Assembly (NCBI GenBank): GCA_965644315.1
Contig: CBFFRQ010000014.1
Location: 14,965 to 78,964, forward strand
Length of the DNA: 64,000 nt
Source of the DNA: Caecitellus pseudoparvulus
Taxonomy: Eukaryota > Protista > Bigyra: Bicosoecida
Direction of reading: 5' to 3'
Positions within the stretch are counted from its first letter, which is position 1, and the number at the start of each line of letters is the position of its first letter. This document shows, one piece after another, positions 48,099 to 60,349 of the stretch. A model generated the notes under the pieces. That model was given only the letters and a program-made list of their open reading frames with translations, was not told the DNA's origin and ran no database searches. The position numbers were made by a program, and so were the translations under genes.

Positions 48099-49181
48099 AT
48101 GAGTGCGGCTGTTTCTGTGGCCGCCCCTGTTGATTCAGCTGGGCCAACGTTGGGAAAGCCAGCATCTCCTAGCAACGCAACTGCCGCAGCGAGCCCCCCA
48201 CTCGTGCAAGCGGCACAGCCAGACCAGAGCACCCCGCACGCCAGTGACTGTAGGTGCAAGGCATGCCATGTCTTCAGTGCAAGCGCTCAGACACGTCTCT
48301 CTGCTGCTGTAAATGGCTCAGATTCCCCAGCTACAGCTCCTCGAACGAGTGGCGCCGATGGCTCCGGCGGCAATGCTGCTGGGCAGAAGGGGGGCCACCG
48401 CAGGAAGCGGCGCCGCACGCGAGGCCGAGGTAAACGGGGCGCCAGTAAGAAGACTCACGCAACAGATGAGCTTGGCCACGCGCCCTGTCCCGATTCTGCC
48501 GCCGAGGGGGTGTTGCCGGGCAGCGGGACTGCGAAGGCAAGTGCCACGCCCACGCCTGCCGCTGCAGCCCACGGGGCCCCTTCACAGCCCCCGTGCAAGC
48601 CATCTCGTTACGCGCAGGTATTTGAGCTGCTGCAGGGCGGGGCCACCTTCGCTGCGAACAGTGACGCCTTCGAGCAGTGGAGCGAGGAAGAGGAGGACAT
48701 GGAGGAGGACCCCATGAGCGGCATCCCGGGGCTCTTGACCATGCCTTCTGATGACTCCCTCGTGGCACCAGCCCCCGCTGGCGCGCACCCTTTGCTGAGC
48801 ATGCAGCCCCCCCTGGCTGCCACGGTGTGCCACCCCGGCACGCCCCCTTCCACAACCTCTAGCTCTCATCAAGGTGGCACTGGGTGCCAGGCTGAGGCTC
48901 TGGCAGGCTCAGCACCGCTTGTACAAGCTGGCCCTGCGACGCCCGCGAGGCAACGCAGTGTGAGCTGTGACTCCAGCACGGGCGCCGAGCCAGGGGAGTT
49001 TGCCAGCATGTCGCGCCAAGAACTCATCCGTGAGATCCGCTCCTTGCGCAAGACTAACGCCCATCTCCTGCAGAATCTACATGCTTCCGATGTGGAAACT
49101 AGCGCGTTGCGAAAAGCTGCTGATGCGCGCGCGCTGGGCGGGACCAAGCGGCACCGCAGCGACTCCAATTCCTCACTCTGA
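48099..49181 (+). CDS. Low-complexity, probably nuclear protein with a basic tract, an acidic tract and a C-terminal coiled coil
   Basis: 360-aa ATG-initiated ORF containing HRRKRRRTRGRGKR, SEEEEDMEED and MSRQELIREIRSLRKTNAHL. Confidence 0.6.
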   Translation: MSAAVSVAAPVDSAGPTLGKPASPSNATAAASPPLVQAAQPDQSTPHASDCRCKACHVFSASAQTRLSAAVNGSDSPATAPRTSGADGSGGNAAGQKGGHRRKRRRTRGRGKRGASKKTHATDELGHAPCPDSAAEGVLPGSGTAKASATPTPAAAAHGAPSQPPCKPSRYAQVFELLQGGATFAANSDAFEQWSEEEEDMEEDPMSGIPGLLTMPSDDSLVAPAPAGAHPLLSMQPPLAATVCHPGTPPSTTSSSHQGGTGCQAEALAGSAPLVQAGPATPARQRSVSCDSSTGAEPGEFASMSRQELIREIRSLRKTNAHLLQNLHASDVETSALRKAADARALGGTKRHRSDSNSSL

Positions 49182-49222
49182 GCACATTCCGGCCAGTGAC
49201 GCAACGGGCACTCCCCGCTGCA

Positions 49223-50496
49223 ATGCAGCTGCCAATGCAATACCAAGATACTGGAGCAATGTTTACTGAATTTGAATTCACTCCTTGGCTGCTGGGGGGA
49301 GCTGTGGTGCTGTCGCTGGCTGCCGGTGTGCGGATATTGAGCGGCCCCCACGAGGCTCCTTCAGCCCCTGCCCTCCCAAGCAAGGAGGGCTTCGGCGCTC
49401 AAGTTTACGATAGCTTCGCCACGTTCCTGAATTGGCCTACGGCTTCCACTTCATGGTTCAACTGGGGTCTGTGGGGATCAGACAGCACTGAGTATGCCGA
49501 TGCAGCCCAGAGACTTGTGCTGGCTCTTCTCCGCTCCATCGACGCTGAGCCCTCTGTCGTCATTGGTAAGAGCTGCACGATGGGCTACTGCTTTCCACCT
49601 GAAGTGCTGTGCACCCTTCCTGACGAACACCCTCCTACACTGCAGACGTTGGGTGTGGAGCTGGGGACCAGCTGGCAGTGCACAGGCGCGCACACCCAAA
49701 GGCAGTGCTTATTGGCGTGACACCCACAGCTGCCCAAGCTGCCAAGGCACGTCACATATCAAGGTCTCTGACTGGCACTGTGCATGTCCTGCACAGCACA
49801 GCCGAACAGTGCTCCGAGGCCGTCGCGCCGCTCCTGCTGCCAACCCCGAGCGGTTCAGGCGTGGTGCTCAGCGTGGACGCCGCGTATCACTTCGCCACCC
49901 GCCGATCCTTCCTGGAGCAATCACACATGTGGCTAGCTTCAGTGGGCCCTGGCGGCAGTGTGGGTCTCGTGGATATCGCTGTAGCTCCATCTGGGCCGGG
50001 CACGGGTCCAGATGGTGAGACGGCCTGGGCACCTGACGGTTGTCACCACCAGCCCCTGGCCTGGACAAGCAGGGAGCAAGGCACCCCCTTGGACACGATG
50101 GTGCAAAATCTCCGGGATCTACTTCCTGGCTTTTGCCCTGGCGGCTTGCGCCCTGTGCCCAGCCCCTCCGAAGCACACCCCCATCCCCAGCCCGGCCAGC
50201 TCACACGCAGCATCGGGACCGCCCTGGGCATCCACCCAGCCAACTTCTGGTACCCCTGGGACTTTATCGCCCATCTCCACGCAGCCGGCTTTGCATCGGT
50301 GGCAGTCGTAGACATCACAGCCCACACTTGGCCCGGTTTCGTCTCGTGGGCGGTGACGCGGCAAGCCCCCGCTCTGCTGCGGGCCGGCCATCTTTTGGGG
50401 GCAGCCAGCATGCTCGGTGTAGCGGGTGCTGTGGCTGGCGTGCTAGCACACGGCTATGCATTCCGGGTGGTCCTTGTTGTGGGGGTCGCTGCCTGA
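49223..50496 (+). CDS. Class I SAM-dependent methyltransferase with an N-terminal membrane anchor
   Basis: Intron 49566-49645 restores motif I VIDVGCGAGDQ. Also WFNWGLW and SVDAAYHFATRRSFL. The start is uncertain (49223, 49235 or 49259). Confidence 0.82.
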
Positions 50497-50521
50497 AGGC
50501 GGGGGCAGTGCCAAACACCCC

Positions 50522-52139
50522 TTAGAAGGCCGGTGCAGGGGTGCGGAAGGCTGCCCCGGCGTACGTCGCCTTGTCCCCGAGCTCCTCCTCAATGCGCAGG
50601 AGCTGGTTGTACTTGGCCATGCGCTCTGAGCGGCAGGGTGCGCCGGTCTTGATCTGCCCCGTGGCCAGGCCCACCGCCACATCAGCGATGAAGGTGTCTT
50701 CCGTCTCGCCAGACCTGTGGGAGGTCATGACGCCCCACCCTGCAGCCTTGGACATGCGCACGGCTTCAATGCTCTCCGTCAAGCTGCCGATCTGGTTCAC
50801 CTTCAGCAGCAGTGCGTTCACGCTGGCGCCGTCGATGGCCTTCTGCACACGGACGGGGTTTGTGACAAGCAGATCATCTCCCACGATCTGGCACTTCTCG
50901 CCCATGGCCGCAGTCATGGCCGCGTACGCCTCCCAGTCGTCCTGGTCGAAGGGATCCTCGATGCTCACGATGGGGTACTTGTCCACCCACTCAGAGTACA
51001 CTGCCAGCAGCTCTGTGCCGCTCAGCTTGCCGCTGCCGTCGGCGCCTGGCACCTTCCAGTCCAGGTCATACTTGCCATCTGCGTAGAACTCAGACGCGGC
51101 GATGTCCAGGGCGATCTGGATCTTGCCGGTGTACCCCGCCGCCTCGATGGCTGTCTGCAGCACCTCCAGTGCCTCGCCGGCGTCCTTCATGGGGGGCGCG
51201 AAGCCGCCCTCATCGCCGACGTTCACGGCGTCCTGGCCGTACTTGGCCTTCAGCACCTTCTTCAGGTGGTGGTACGTCTCTGTGCCCATGCGCATGGCCT
51301 CTGTGAAGCTGGTGGCACCAGTGGGCAGGATCATGAACTCCTGCATGGCCAGCTGGTTTCCAGCGTGGCTGCCGCCGTTGATGACGTTGAAGGAGGGCAC
51401 AGGCAGCACCAGCGTGGAGTTGCCTGCCAGCGCCGCGATGTGGGCGTAGAGAGGCACGCCGCCTGCCGCGGCACCCGCCTTGGCCACTGCAAGCGACACG
51501 GCGAGGATAGCGTTGGCGCCCAGCTTCTGCTTGCACCAGCCCCACTCGTTCTTGGTGCCGTCCAGCTCCTTCACCATGAAGTCGTCGATGGCCTTCTGGT
51601 CCCGGACGTCCTTGCCCAGCAGGGCAGGGCCGATGATGCTGTTCACGTTGTCCACAGCCTTGGACACGCCCTTGCCCATGTACGCGTCGCCGCCGTCACG
51701 CAGCTCCAGGGCCTCGTAAATGCCCGTGGAGGCCCCAGAGGGCACTGCTGCACGAAAGAGCGCACCTGACTCGACGGTTACATCCACTTCCACGGTTGGG
51801 TTGCCGCGTGAGTCGAAGATTTGGCGTGCCTGCACAACAGACGAGCGGGGGGATCTTGCCACCATCAATCCGGCCAACACGACGTACGGAGCGGCACAGA
51901 CATGTTGGCGAGAAAAAGCTGCAGCTTGCCGCGCGATCATTTGGCCTTCAAACGCCTTGAGCGCGCTGAGGTCCAGATGCGTGCTGGAAACCTCACAAAG
52001 CAGCTCCGGAGTGCAGCAACACGGGGATCAAATTCCGCTCAACCACACATTGACACATCCTCGAAGCACGTCGCCAACCACAGTGCCCACGCACCTTGAC
52101 GGCCTTGATGACGCTCGACGCATCAGTTGCAGCTGCCAT
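50522..52139 (-). CDS. ENO: Enolase
   Basis: Exon 1 [15 protein letters not shown] (52139-52095), intron 51830-52094, then [16 protein letters not shown]...SHRSGETED...[10 protein letters not shown]. Confidence 0.98.
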
Positions 52140-52491
52140 GTTGATCAGAGGTGAAGTTGCGAGAGAAGCCTGCGACGTGCGTAGCGAAGAGAACGTTTGC
52201 CACGCGCTTGATGAACCTTGCCGCACGAAGCCTCACGTGAAAATCCAACCGCGCCAAATGGCCGAGTGCTGAACCGCAAAAATAGATGGTCAGTGTGTGG
52301 TGTGTTCGGAAAGAAGTGGTAATCGCTAGCCCTTGGGCAGCACTGAAATCCGACAAGAAAAGAGGGGGGGCTTCGTCTACGAGCAGACTGCCGATTGGCT
52401 GTCAAAACGCACCCCGCCAACTCTGCCGTCAACTTTGCAAGCAGGCAGACATCAGAGTGATTCCAGCATGAATTGATCCGCCGTTGGTGAC

Positions 52492-55400
52492 ATGGAGGAC
52501 TTCGACCCTCTTTTCCGGCTGCTGCGAGGTGCGATATGTTGTGCCCCTTGCGTTTCATGCGCGTTACATCAAATCCCGCGAGTTTCGCAGGGTCTCCCGG
52601 TCCCCTGTCAGCGTTGGAGACGGGGAACCGGATCGGCGCAAAATGTTCACATAGTGCTAGGGTTCCTCCCAATGTCACAGAGGCGGTGCGCAGCCTGGTG
52701 GCGAGCTGCAGCCTTTGCATGAGGCAGGCTGGCGCTGCCGCACTGCAGGCTTGGGCAGCAGGACTGCAGCGGAAGGCTCGTGCGTGCAGGTGCGATCGTC
52801 CATTGTGAGATACTCTTGCGCCATCATTTATTCAACTTCTTTCCTACAGGATCATGTGCCTCAACAGCCTTCTGCTCGGCTCTCGAGCAGTTGCCTGTGC
52901 TGGACAAGCCAGGGGACTTAGCAGAGCACTGTCAACCCCTGCGCGCGAATGCGGAATGGGTAAGGCGGGCAAGCCAATAAGCGCTACAGTGGATTGAATT
53001 TAAGTCTGTGTGCTCTCTTGCGCACAGGTCGGTAGCCAGGCTGGCGCGCCTTCTGCTGTTGTGCAGCGTGCTGCTGCCGCAAAAGATTTGTCTCAAAGCG
53101 CCGCCCCAGACGTGGCCCCCGCACTTCGACTGACCAGCCTGAAGAGCTTGCTCACACCCACAGATTTATGTGACACTGCAGAGATGGACGCCAAGTCGCT
53201 GCACCTTCACCAGGAGGCACAGTCCCTTCCAACCTGCGTCAGCGTTGCCGGCTCCATCTCTGTATGCGAAACGCCCCCCTCTGCTTCCCATGCGGCGCTT
53301 GTTTGGTGCTTGACTTGGGCAGTGAATGGCATGCTGTCGTCGCTATGGTTCCATCGTCAGGGCGCGTGCATGGCCCTGTGTGCGTGCACGCCCACACTCT
53401 TGTCTGGGCAGCACCCCATGTTGGAACGCCTGCAGCAGCGCACGGCGTTCTTGTTGGCTGCGGATGTGTTCGGGGACTATGCACACGGACACGCCACTGC
53501 ACCAGTGCGTGACAAGGCTGCAACATTTTGGCAAGCTCTTGCCAAGCTGCACCCCTTGCCAAAGTCAGCGGTGCAGCACCTATGTGCTTGGGCTGCCTCC
53601 GACAGCTGGCACAGGCGGCATGCGGCAGCCAGCGCGCTGAGCGGCGTGTCGCTGCCCAGTGGAACGAAGCGCTTTGTAGTGTCTGCAAGTTCCTCCCTGA
53701 TCCGCGACCCAGTCGATGAAGTGCGGACAGGTGCTTTGGGGATGATGGCGGCAGGCTGCGAGGGCGCTTGGACGCCGGACATTCTGTCAGCTGTGCTGCA
53801 TGCCTTGTGCAAGAGTGACGACATCTCACCCCTACCCGCAGCTGCTCTGTCTCTTCTCTTGGAAAGGGGGCAGGAATGCTCCCGTTGGCCTCCCACCCTC
53901 CAACACTTGGCTGTCGAATGCTGCTGTGTCCTACTCCTGCACACAGATGTAGAGGTTCGCCGTCGCTCCGAAAAGCTCTTGAATTCTCTTTGTAAAGATG
54001 CATCCAACCTTCCTGCAAGCGCGATGAAGTCCATCTGTACAGCGTGCAGTCGGGCTCACGTGCTAGGCCTTTGCAGCGGGCCTTCTGGTTCGTTGCTGGA
54101 ACTTGTAGCTCGTTGCGCCCCTGCGCTGCCGCATGCCGACACCGTAGATCTCTTGCGCCTCTTGTTCGAAGTCCTGACTTGCGATCACGGCCACGTTCTT
54201 AATTCTGCCCTCATCGTCGCATCAGTGCTGTCCAGCGGACCGCAAGCAAGACAGTCAAGTGCACAGGCCAACGAGGACTTCGCTATCGAAGACGATGATG
54301 TGGACCTTTCAGGCCTGGACATCGATGATGAGTTGGAGCCTCGTCATGGCGGCCTTAACCTGGCACATGCTCCCCAGTCCCTTGAGGAAGGACAAGCGCA
54401 CGCCGAACTGGTGCTCGAAGGGGGTGAAGCTGCTCAGACTGGTGGCCAGCCAGCGATGTTGGACCTGGAGCGTCGCTTGCAACAGCAGCCGCACTGCAGC
54501 GTCCCGGCATCATGCGCGACTTGTTTTGCCTCAGCATGCCTCATTGCAGTGTATGCCCTGAGCAGTCCGTCAGCTTGCTCAGAGGTGGCGAGCCTCTTGG
54601 CTGCAAGAGCGCAGGAGGCTCTGGTTTCAAGCTGTTTTTCCGTCAGCATGGGTTGCTTCGCAGTCTGTGGAGCCATGCGAGCTGTTCAGGATCCAAGCGA
54701 CATGGCCTTGCATCTGCCGGATGCCACGTTCCTTGCTGTCCACAAGGCTCTTGCCGAGAGTATGAGGGCATCGACTGCTCCTCAGATAGAGCAGGAGGAA
54801 GACCTTGCCGCTCTGTGGTCGCCCCCCATGCTTCCAAGTTGCATGAGGTCGTTTACAGGAACGGCAAACTTTGAGGAGCGCCTTTCTGCTTGCTGCTCTG
54901 CTTGTGAACCCTTGCTGCAGGCAGCTAGTCCAGAGCTATTCGGCGAGCTACAGCAGTTGCTGGATAATGTCAGGGCAGTGGCATCGCAGTACTTGGCAGC
55001 TGCAGAAGCTGCCAGCCCTGGAGCCTGCAGGTCAATCCTCAGGCAGAGCAGGAAGCAGCTGCCAGATGAAGCTGAATACCAAGCGGTGCCATCAACCGTG
55101 GAGTCATTCGCCCTCCATGAGCTGGCTGCCGTCGCATCTGCCTCAGTTGCAATCGCTGGCGATGAAATCGACTCAGATTCCGACTCTGACACGAGCCAAA
55201 CCCTTCAGACACAAGCCTTAGACCTTGTTCTAGAACGACAGACTCTGTGCTCTCACCTTCGAGGCACCATTGATGATTTAGAAGCTCGGCAACTGCAGTT
55301 CAGACACATGTGGGAGGCTTGGCAGACCGTGGCGGTCGGGAAGCTGGCGTTTGTTGACAATGGGTCCAACCTGACCGATCGCGGCTGGATGCAGCTTTTG

Positions 55401-57920
55401 CAGCACACAGGCCTAGTGTCCTCCGCTGAGCCGGAGACTGCCCAGATGTGGGCAGCTCTTGAGCAAGCACGCGACTCTGCAGAGGTGATGGCTGCGGGCT
55501 ACGCTCTCCGCCTCGCCTCCCTGTGTTCCAGCGGTGAACCGCTTGTGTTCCGCACAGTCCAAAGTTTGCGCTGCTCTTTTCATGGTTCGAGCACAGCGCT
55601 TCGGAGATGCATGCTCCTACTTGCCCAGGCTGACATCGGTCCGGCTGCAACTATTCAGGCCCTGCAGGTGGTTCTCAGTGCAGAGCCAGTCCCTTTCACG
55701 CTCTTGCTTGCTTTGGAGTCCTGGGGGCCTGTGGGCTCCCTGCCTCTGAAAACTTCCCAGATTGGACTTGCCGCACTTTTTCAAGCAGCCGAGAAGCAAC
55801 TGCACCGCGACGCGACTCACTCAGGCTCACTTGCTGCCAGCCTTGCCCTGCTTCCTCACGCCCAAAGTAGCACCTCCACTGGGCCAAGCTGGCTGCGCTG
55901 TGCTGCGCGGCAGTTCTTGTGTGCAGTACTCCCATTGTTACACAGCACCGTGGGAACACCACCAGCTGAGCTGCAGCAGTTCAAGACTGCAATCGACGCT
56001 GGGGCTGAGTTTGCTGCAAGCCTCCTCGCAGGAGTTCGTGAGGTAGCTAGCATCAGCGACGTTCTTCCACCCGACAGTCAGCCATCGGCAGCCCTGCGGA
56101 TGTACCAGCTTGATGGGGTGTTGTGGCTGCACTACCTGTGGAAGCACGGCATGGGTGGCATACTGGCTGACGACATGGGGCTCGGAAAGACCTTACAAGT
56201 GCTCACAGCACTCGCAGTGCTCGCAGTGGAAGGGTTCCACAGCACAGCGGCTGCACAGGAAGTGCTTGTCGTCGCGCCTGGGTCTGTGCACTTGCAGTGG
56301 GCTCAGGAGGTCAGCACTTTCTTCAACTCTGCCACTGTTCAAGGTCGCCGTTTGTTTGAAGTCAGCACCATTCCGCCAGGGCAGGCGGCCAAAGTGGCAG
56401 TGGAACAGTTGACAGGCCAAAGAGCCCCAATGAGCTGCTGTATGTCGCTCACAATCATGAGTTATGCCCAGCTGCGTGCTCATGCCGCAGGCCTGGCTCA
56501 GAAGGTCTGGTTCGCGTGTGTTCTAGACGAGGGGCACGTGATTCAAAACCCTGCCAGCGCAACACACAAAGCAGCTATGACTATTCAAGCCGCTCACCGT
56601 GTGATGCTGACTGGAACACCCGTGCAGAACCGCCTGCTGGATGTGTGGGCCATCTTCAACTGGGCATGCCCTGGGGCTTTGGGAAGCCAGGCTGACTTTA
56701 CGCAAGCCTTCAGCAAACCTGTTCGCGCGGCCAGGTCCAAGAACCCAAAAAATGTTGCTGCTGCTGCTCGTTCCAGCAGTGAAGCTCTGCAAGTCCTCGA
56801 ACGTCGCGTGATGCCTTTCGTCCTCCGCCGGACCAAGGCAGCTGTGCTTCCAGAGCTGCCTAGCAAGGCTGTTCAGGACGTTTTGTGTGAGATGACGCCA
56901 AAACAGGCCAAGTTGTATAATGGACTGGCTCAAATACCGGAATTCTCTTTGCTGGCCGCCACACCGCGCTCGAAGCCTGTCAAGGGCAGTGCGCTGAAGC
57001 ACTTGATCCGTCTGCAACAGGTGGTGAACCACCCCCGGCTGGTTCCTGGTGCGTCTCGAAGCCGCAAACGCCCACGGCCAGTGTTTCCTATGGATGAGTC
57101 CGGGAAGATGATGGCATTGGCCAATTTGCTCGAATGCCTGCTTGGCAAGACGGCCGAGGATGTGGCGGCGAGCAAACGAGCACGACAACCGCTCGAGTCC
57201 ACTTCGCCGCCGCCTCCTGCCCAGAGAGAAGATGCGTACGGAGGCGGCCATGCGTCTCACATGAAGCAAGCTGCCAAAGATGCAGAAAAGTATGGTGTGG
57301 GGGACACGCCCGCCCTGCAGCGCGCGGCCCGACTTCTGGCACGTGACCGGGCAAGCGACCCCCAACTGCCGCGCTTCTTGCAGCGAGCAGCGCTGCAAGG
57401 AGCAGATGGCGAAGATTCCGAACGCGATACCCAGCAGCACCCCTGCAAGATCCTCATTTTCGCTCAGCACCGTGGCACACTGGAGGCAGTGGAGAAAGGT
57501 GTCCTGCAGGCTGGCTTCCCAGCTGTGCCGTACGCTATGCTGCACGGCGGCTTGAGCTCGGAACAGCGTGGCACACTGGCAGCGACCTTCAACGATACAG
57601 CCAATCCCACCAAAGTGTTGTTGTCCACGACGGGCGTGGGTGGCCTGGGCCTCAACCTGACTGCAGCAAGCACAGTCATCTTCGTTGACCACTCGTGGAA
57701 CCCGCAAGTGGACCTGCAAGCACAAGACCGGGCACACCGCATGGGGCAGAGCATGCCAGTGCACGTATTCAGGCTCATCATGAAAGATTCTCTGGAGCAG
57801 ACTGTCATGGCTGCGCAGAGCTTCAAGCTTGGCGTTGCTGCAGCAGTCGTAGGGTCTGGTCGAAGGCCTCGTGAAGCAGCGGGCAGTGGCGCAGCAGCCG
57901 TCTCGGCAGCTGGGCTGTAA
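52492..57920 (+). CDS. MOT1: Mot1/BTAF1-like SNF2-family ATPase with a divergent HEAT-like N-terminus; 5' exons uncertain
   Basis: GILADDMGLGKT, DEGH, TGTPVQN, LRRTK and GGLGLNLTAASTVIFVDHSWNPQVDLQAQDRAHRMGQ. The N-terminal DVFGDY...APVRDKAA and SWHRRHAA segments resemble Mot1. Confidence 0.85.
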
Positions 57921-57936
57921 GGTCACGGTTGTATTG

Positions 57937-59314
57937 TCAAAAGTGGGGCTTCACAACCATGCGAGACGCATGGTCCCTGCTGCTGGTCCCAAACCCGTAG
58001 CTCGGCAGCGTCTGGCGCTTTGAGTCCACCTGCCGCCCAATGCCGCGGCCTGAGCCCGTCATCGGGTCCAACACTGTCGCCCCCCTCGTCAGCTCGGACG
58101 GCCGCTCGCCTGGTCGCACCTTAGCTGCGAGCTTGTTGAAGCTGTCACGTGTGGATGAGCCAAAGCCAAAGCTGGGGGCCCGGATCTTGCGCGAGTCGCC
58201 GCGCACCCCTTCGTGGTCCCCCAGAGACGACTTCTGGGACAGGTACGCCACGTCGGCCTTTGCTCGGCCATGGGCACGCTCAAGACCATCCCGTTTGGAG
58301 CTGCCAAACGAGAAGCTCGGCGTGGTGGGCCGCCTGGAATCGGAGGACTTCTCACCAATGCTGGAGGAGAGCAGGGACACCTTGGCCGAAGCTGTCAGCG
58401 TGCTTGGGCGAGCACCTGGTCGCGCGCTCTGCTTGTCTGCGTAAGTTTTGTACCATGCATCACGACTTCCCGTGCCAAAGGCAAATCGGGGCGTGTTCTT
58501 CATGCGTGAGTTCCCACGCTGCACCTCTGTCGGGCCAGGCGGCACCAAGAAGCTGTTGCTGGAAGCGGTCGTGGTGTTAGGCTTCAAGTGCTCTTGCTGC
58601 GAGGGGCAAGGCATTCATGGGGAAGTGGATGCAAGAGTAATGCACGTTGAGCGAATGCATGCCGGGCAAGCCTTACCCCCTTTAGGTACGCCTTGCTCAC
58701 GCTGTCTCGGGTTGCACGCCCCATCGAGAAGGCGGGGCTTCGAGGCCGCAGGGGAGACCGCGCACTCCCCACACTGTGCAAGCCCTCAGTCGCATGGTAC
58801 TGCACATTGGACGTGGCAAAGTTGGGCCTGCCGCCAGCCCGGTCCGTCCGGCGGTCTGTGAACGTCTTCGCAAAGGCATCGCGCTGGCTGCTGCCGAAGG
58901 AGTACGAGGCCGACTGCGGCTTCCGGCTATCCGACACCTTCGCCCCCACGCTCGCAAAGTGCTCCGTGCCATACTGGCCGGGCCCCGGACCACCATCATC
59001 CTTGATTGTTGCCCTGCGAAAGAGTTCCAAGCTCAGGGTGCAAATAGCCGGTGCAGATGCTTGCGTGAGCACGCCCAACCCGGAGATTCACGAGCGCGGC
59101 ATTTCGGCGGCTGGGGTGTAGCTCCTGGGGTCTCGACCACCCCAACCCTGGAGAGCATGCCTCTACGAGATGCATTGACAGCATCATGCTTGCAGGTGCA
59201 CGTGGGCGGCGCCTGCCATTCTTGCTTGGAGCTGAGCTGTGGTCGCTGAGCGATGCAGTGAAACTCCACGCACGTTCTGTGGGGCTGCTGAGGACCCTTG
59301 AAAGGCGACGACAT
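57937..59314 (-). CDS. ODF3/SHIPPO-repeat-like axonemal protein
   Basis: PGPGQY motif and six repeats of the form S-x(4-5)-P-x-F-x-FG-xx-x-RD. Introns 59014-59273 and 58597-58676. Confidence 0.7.
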
Positions 59315-59439
59315 GGCGAAAGAGGTTATGAGGAGTATTCTTATCAAGATGTGAGCTGCTTCTGGCGTGAGTTTGACGGTGAGGGGGAGTGAGAACGGTG
59401 GGAAAATGTTCAAATGCAAGACACGCCAAAGGCATGGAT

Positions 59440-59455
59440 GGTGTTGAGTAACACC
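59440..59455 (-). promoter_or_regulatory. Histone 3' stem-loop variant (H2B)
   Basis: Sense GGTGTT-ACTC-AACACC, 78 nt after the stop. Confidence 0.88.
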
Positions 59456-59533
59456 GTTGGGGTTGGTGGTTGTGCCAGTGAAGGGGGGCGCGACTTGCTC
59501 CCCCCACTCCACTGCACAGGGAAGTCCGGACGC

Positions 59534-59887
59534 TTAGGCGGAGGTGAACTTGGTCACAGCCTTGGTGCCCTCGGACACGGCGTGCTTGGCCAGCTCGCCA
59601 GGCAGCACCAGGCGCACGGCAGTCTGCACCTCGCGGGAGGACAGGGTGGCCTTCTTGTTGTAGCGGGCCAGGGAAGCGGCCTCGGCGCACACGCGGTCAA
59701 AGACGTCGTTGATGAAGGAGTTCATGATGCCCATGCCCTTCTTGGAGATGCCGATCTCGGGGTGCACCTGCTTCAGCACGCGGTAGATGTAGGTGGAGTA
59801 GCTCTCCACGCGCTTCTTCTTGGAGCCAGTGGAGGCGGAGGACTTGCCGGCCTTCTTGGCGGACTTCTTGGAAGGGGTCTTGGCCAT
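59534..59887 (-). CDS. H2B: Histone H2B
   Basis: MAKTPSKK...[16 protein letters not shown]...[15 protein letters not shown]; intronless. Confidence 0.99.
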   Translation of the reverse strand: MAKTPSKKSAKKAGKSSASTGSKKKRVESYSTYIYRVLKQVHPEIGISKKGMGIMNSFINDVFDRVCAEAASLARYNKKATLSSREVQTAVRLVLPGELAKHAVSEGTKAVTKFTSA

Positions 59888-60349
59888 GGTGATGGGTGGG
59901 GGTGTGTGACACGGGGTGAGCACTGGGGTGCTGGGAAGCGTGTGTGATGGAGGTGGGAGTGTAGAGTGATGTGGGGGCAAGCGAGGGAGTGTGGGTGGAG
60001 GTGGGCGGGAGTGTGCTGTGTGCACTGCGCCACGTGCACTGCTCGGTCACTGACATGCATGCACACCAGGCGCATCGGCCACACATGTTCTGGAGCTCAT
60101 GTACAATGTTGACATGTGTAACTGGCATGCAATATCCAGTGAGCGCATCACACAGTCTGGGCTAGTCCCGTGCATGTGCTTCAGCAGTCCACATGCACAC
60201 CCCGCCAGCCCCGTCAGCTGCGCGGCCAGTCGCCGCACGCAGCACACTTGCCCCGCCCAAGCCACTATCAATCTTCCCCACCAACTCACCACGCATCGTC
60301 AGCATCGTCACGTTGTGACCACCGCACACACACACACACCTCATCCAAC

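Noticed and set aside
51533-51547. Plant-like EWGWC insertion in enolase
   Set aside because: It is real but already known from plants, alveolates and some stramenopiles. It is useful only as a taxonomic hint.
52123-52356. Upstream ORF ending RAARFIKRVANVLFATHVAGFSRNF as a frameshifted enolase presequence
   Set aside because: It has no ATG, is out of frame with enolase, and the segment also fits a 5' UTR intron (GTGAGG...CGCAG).
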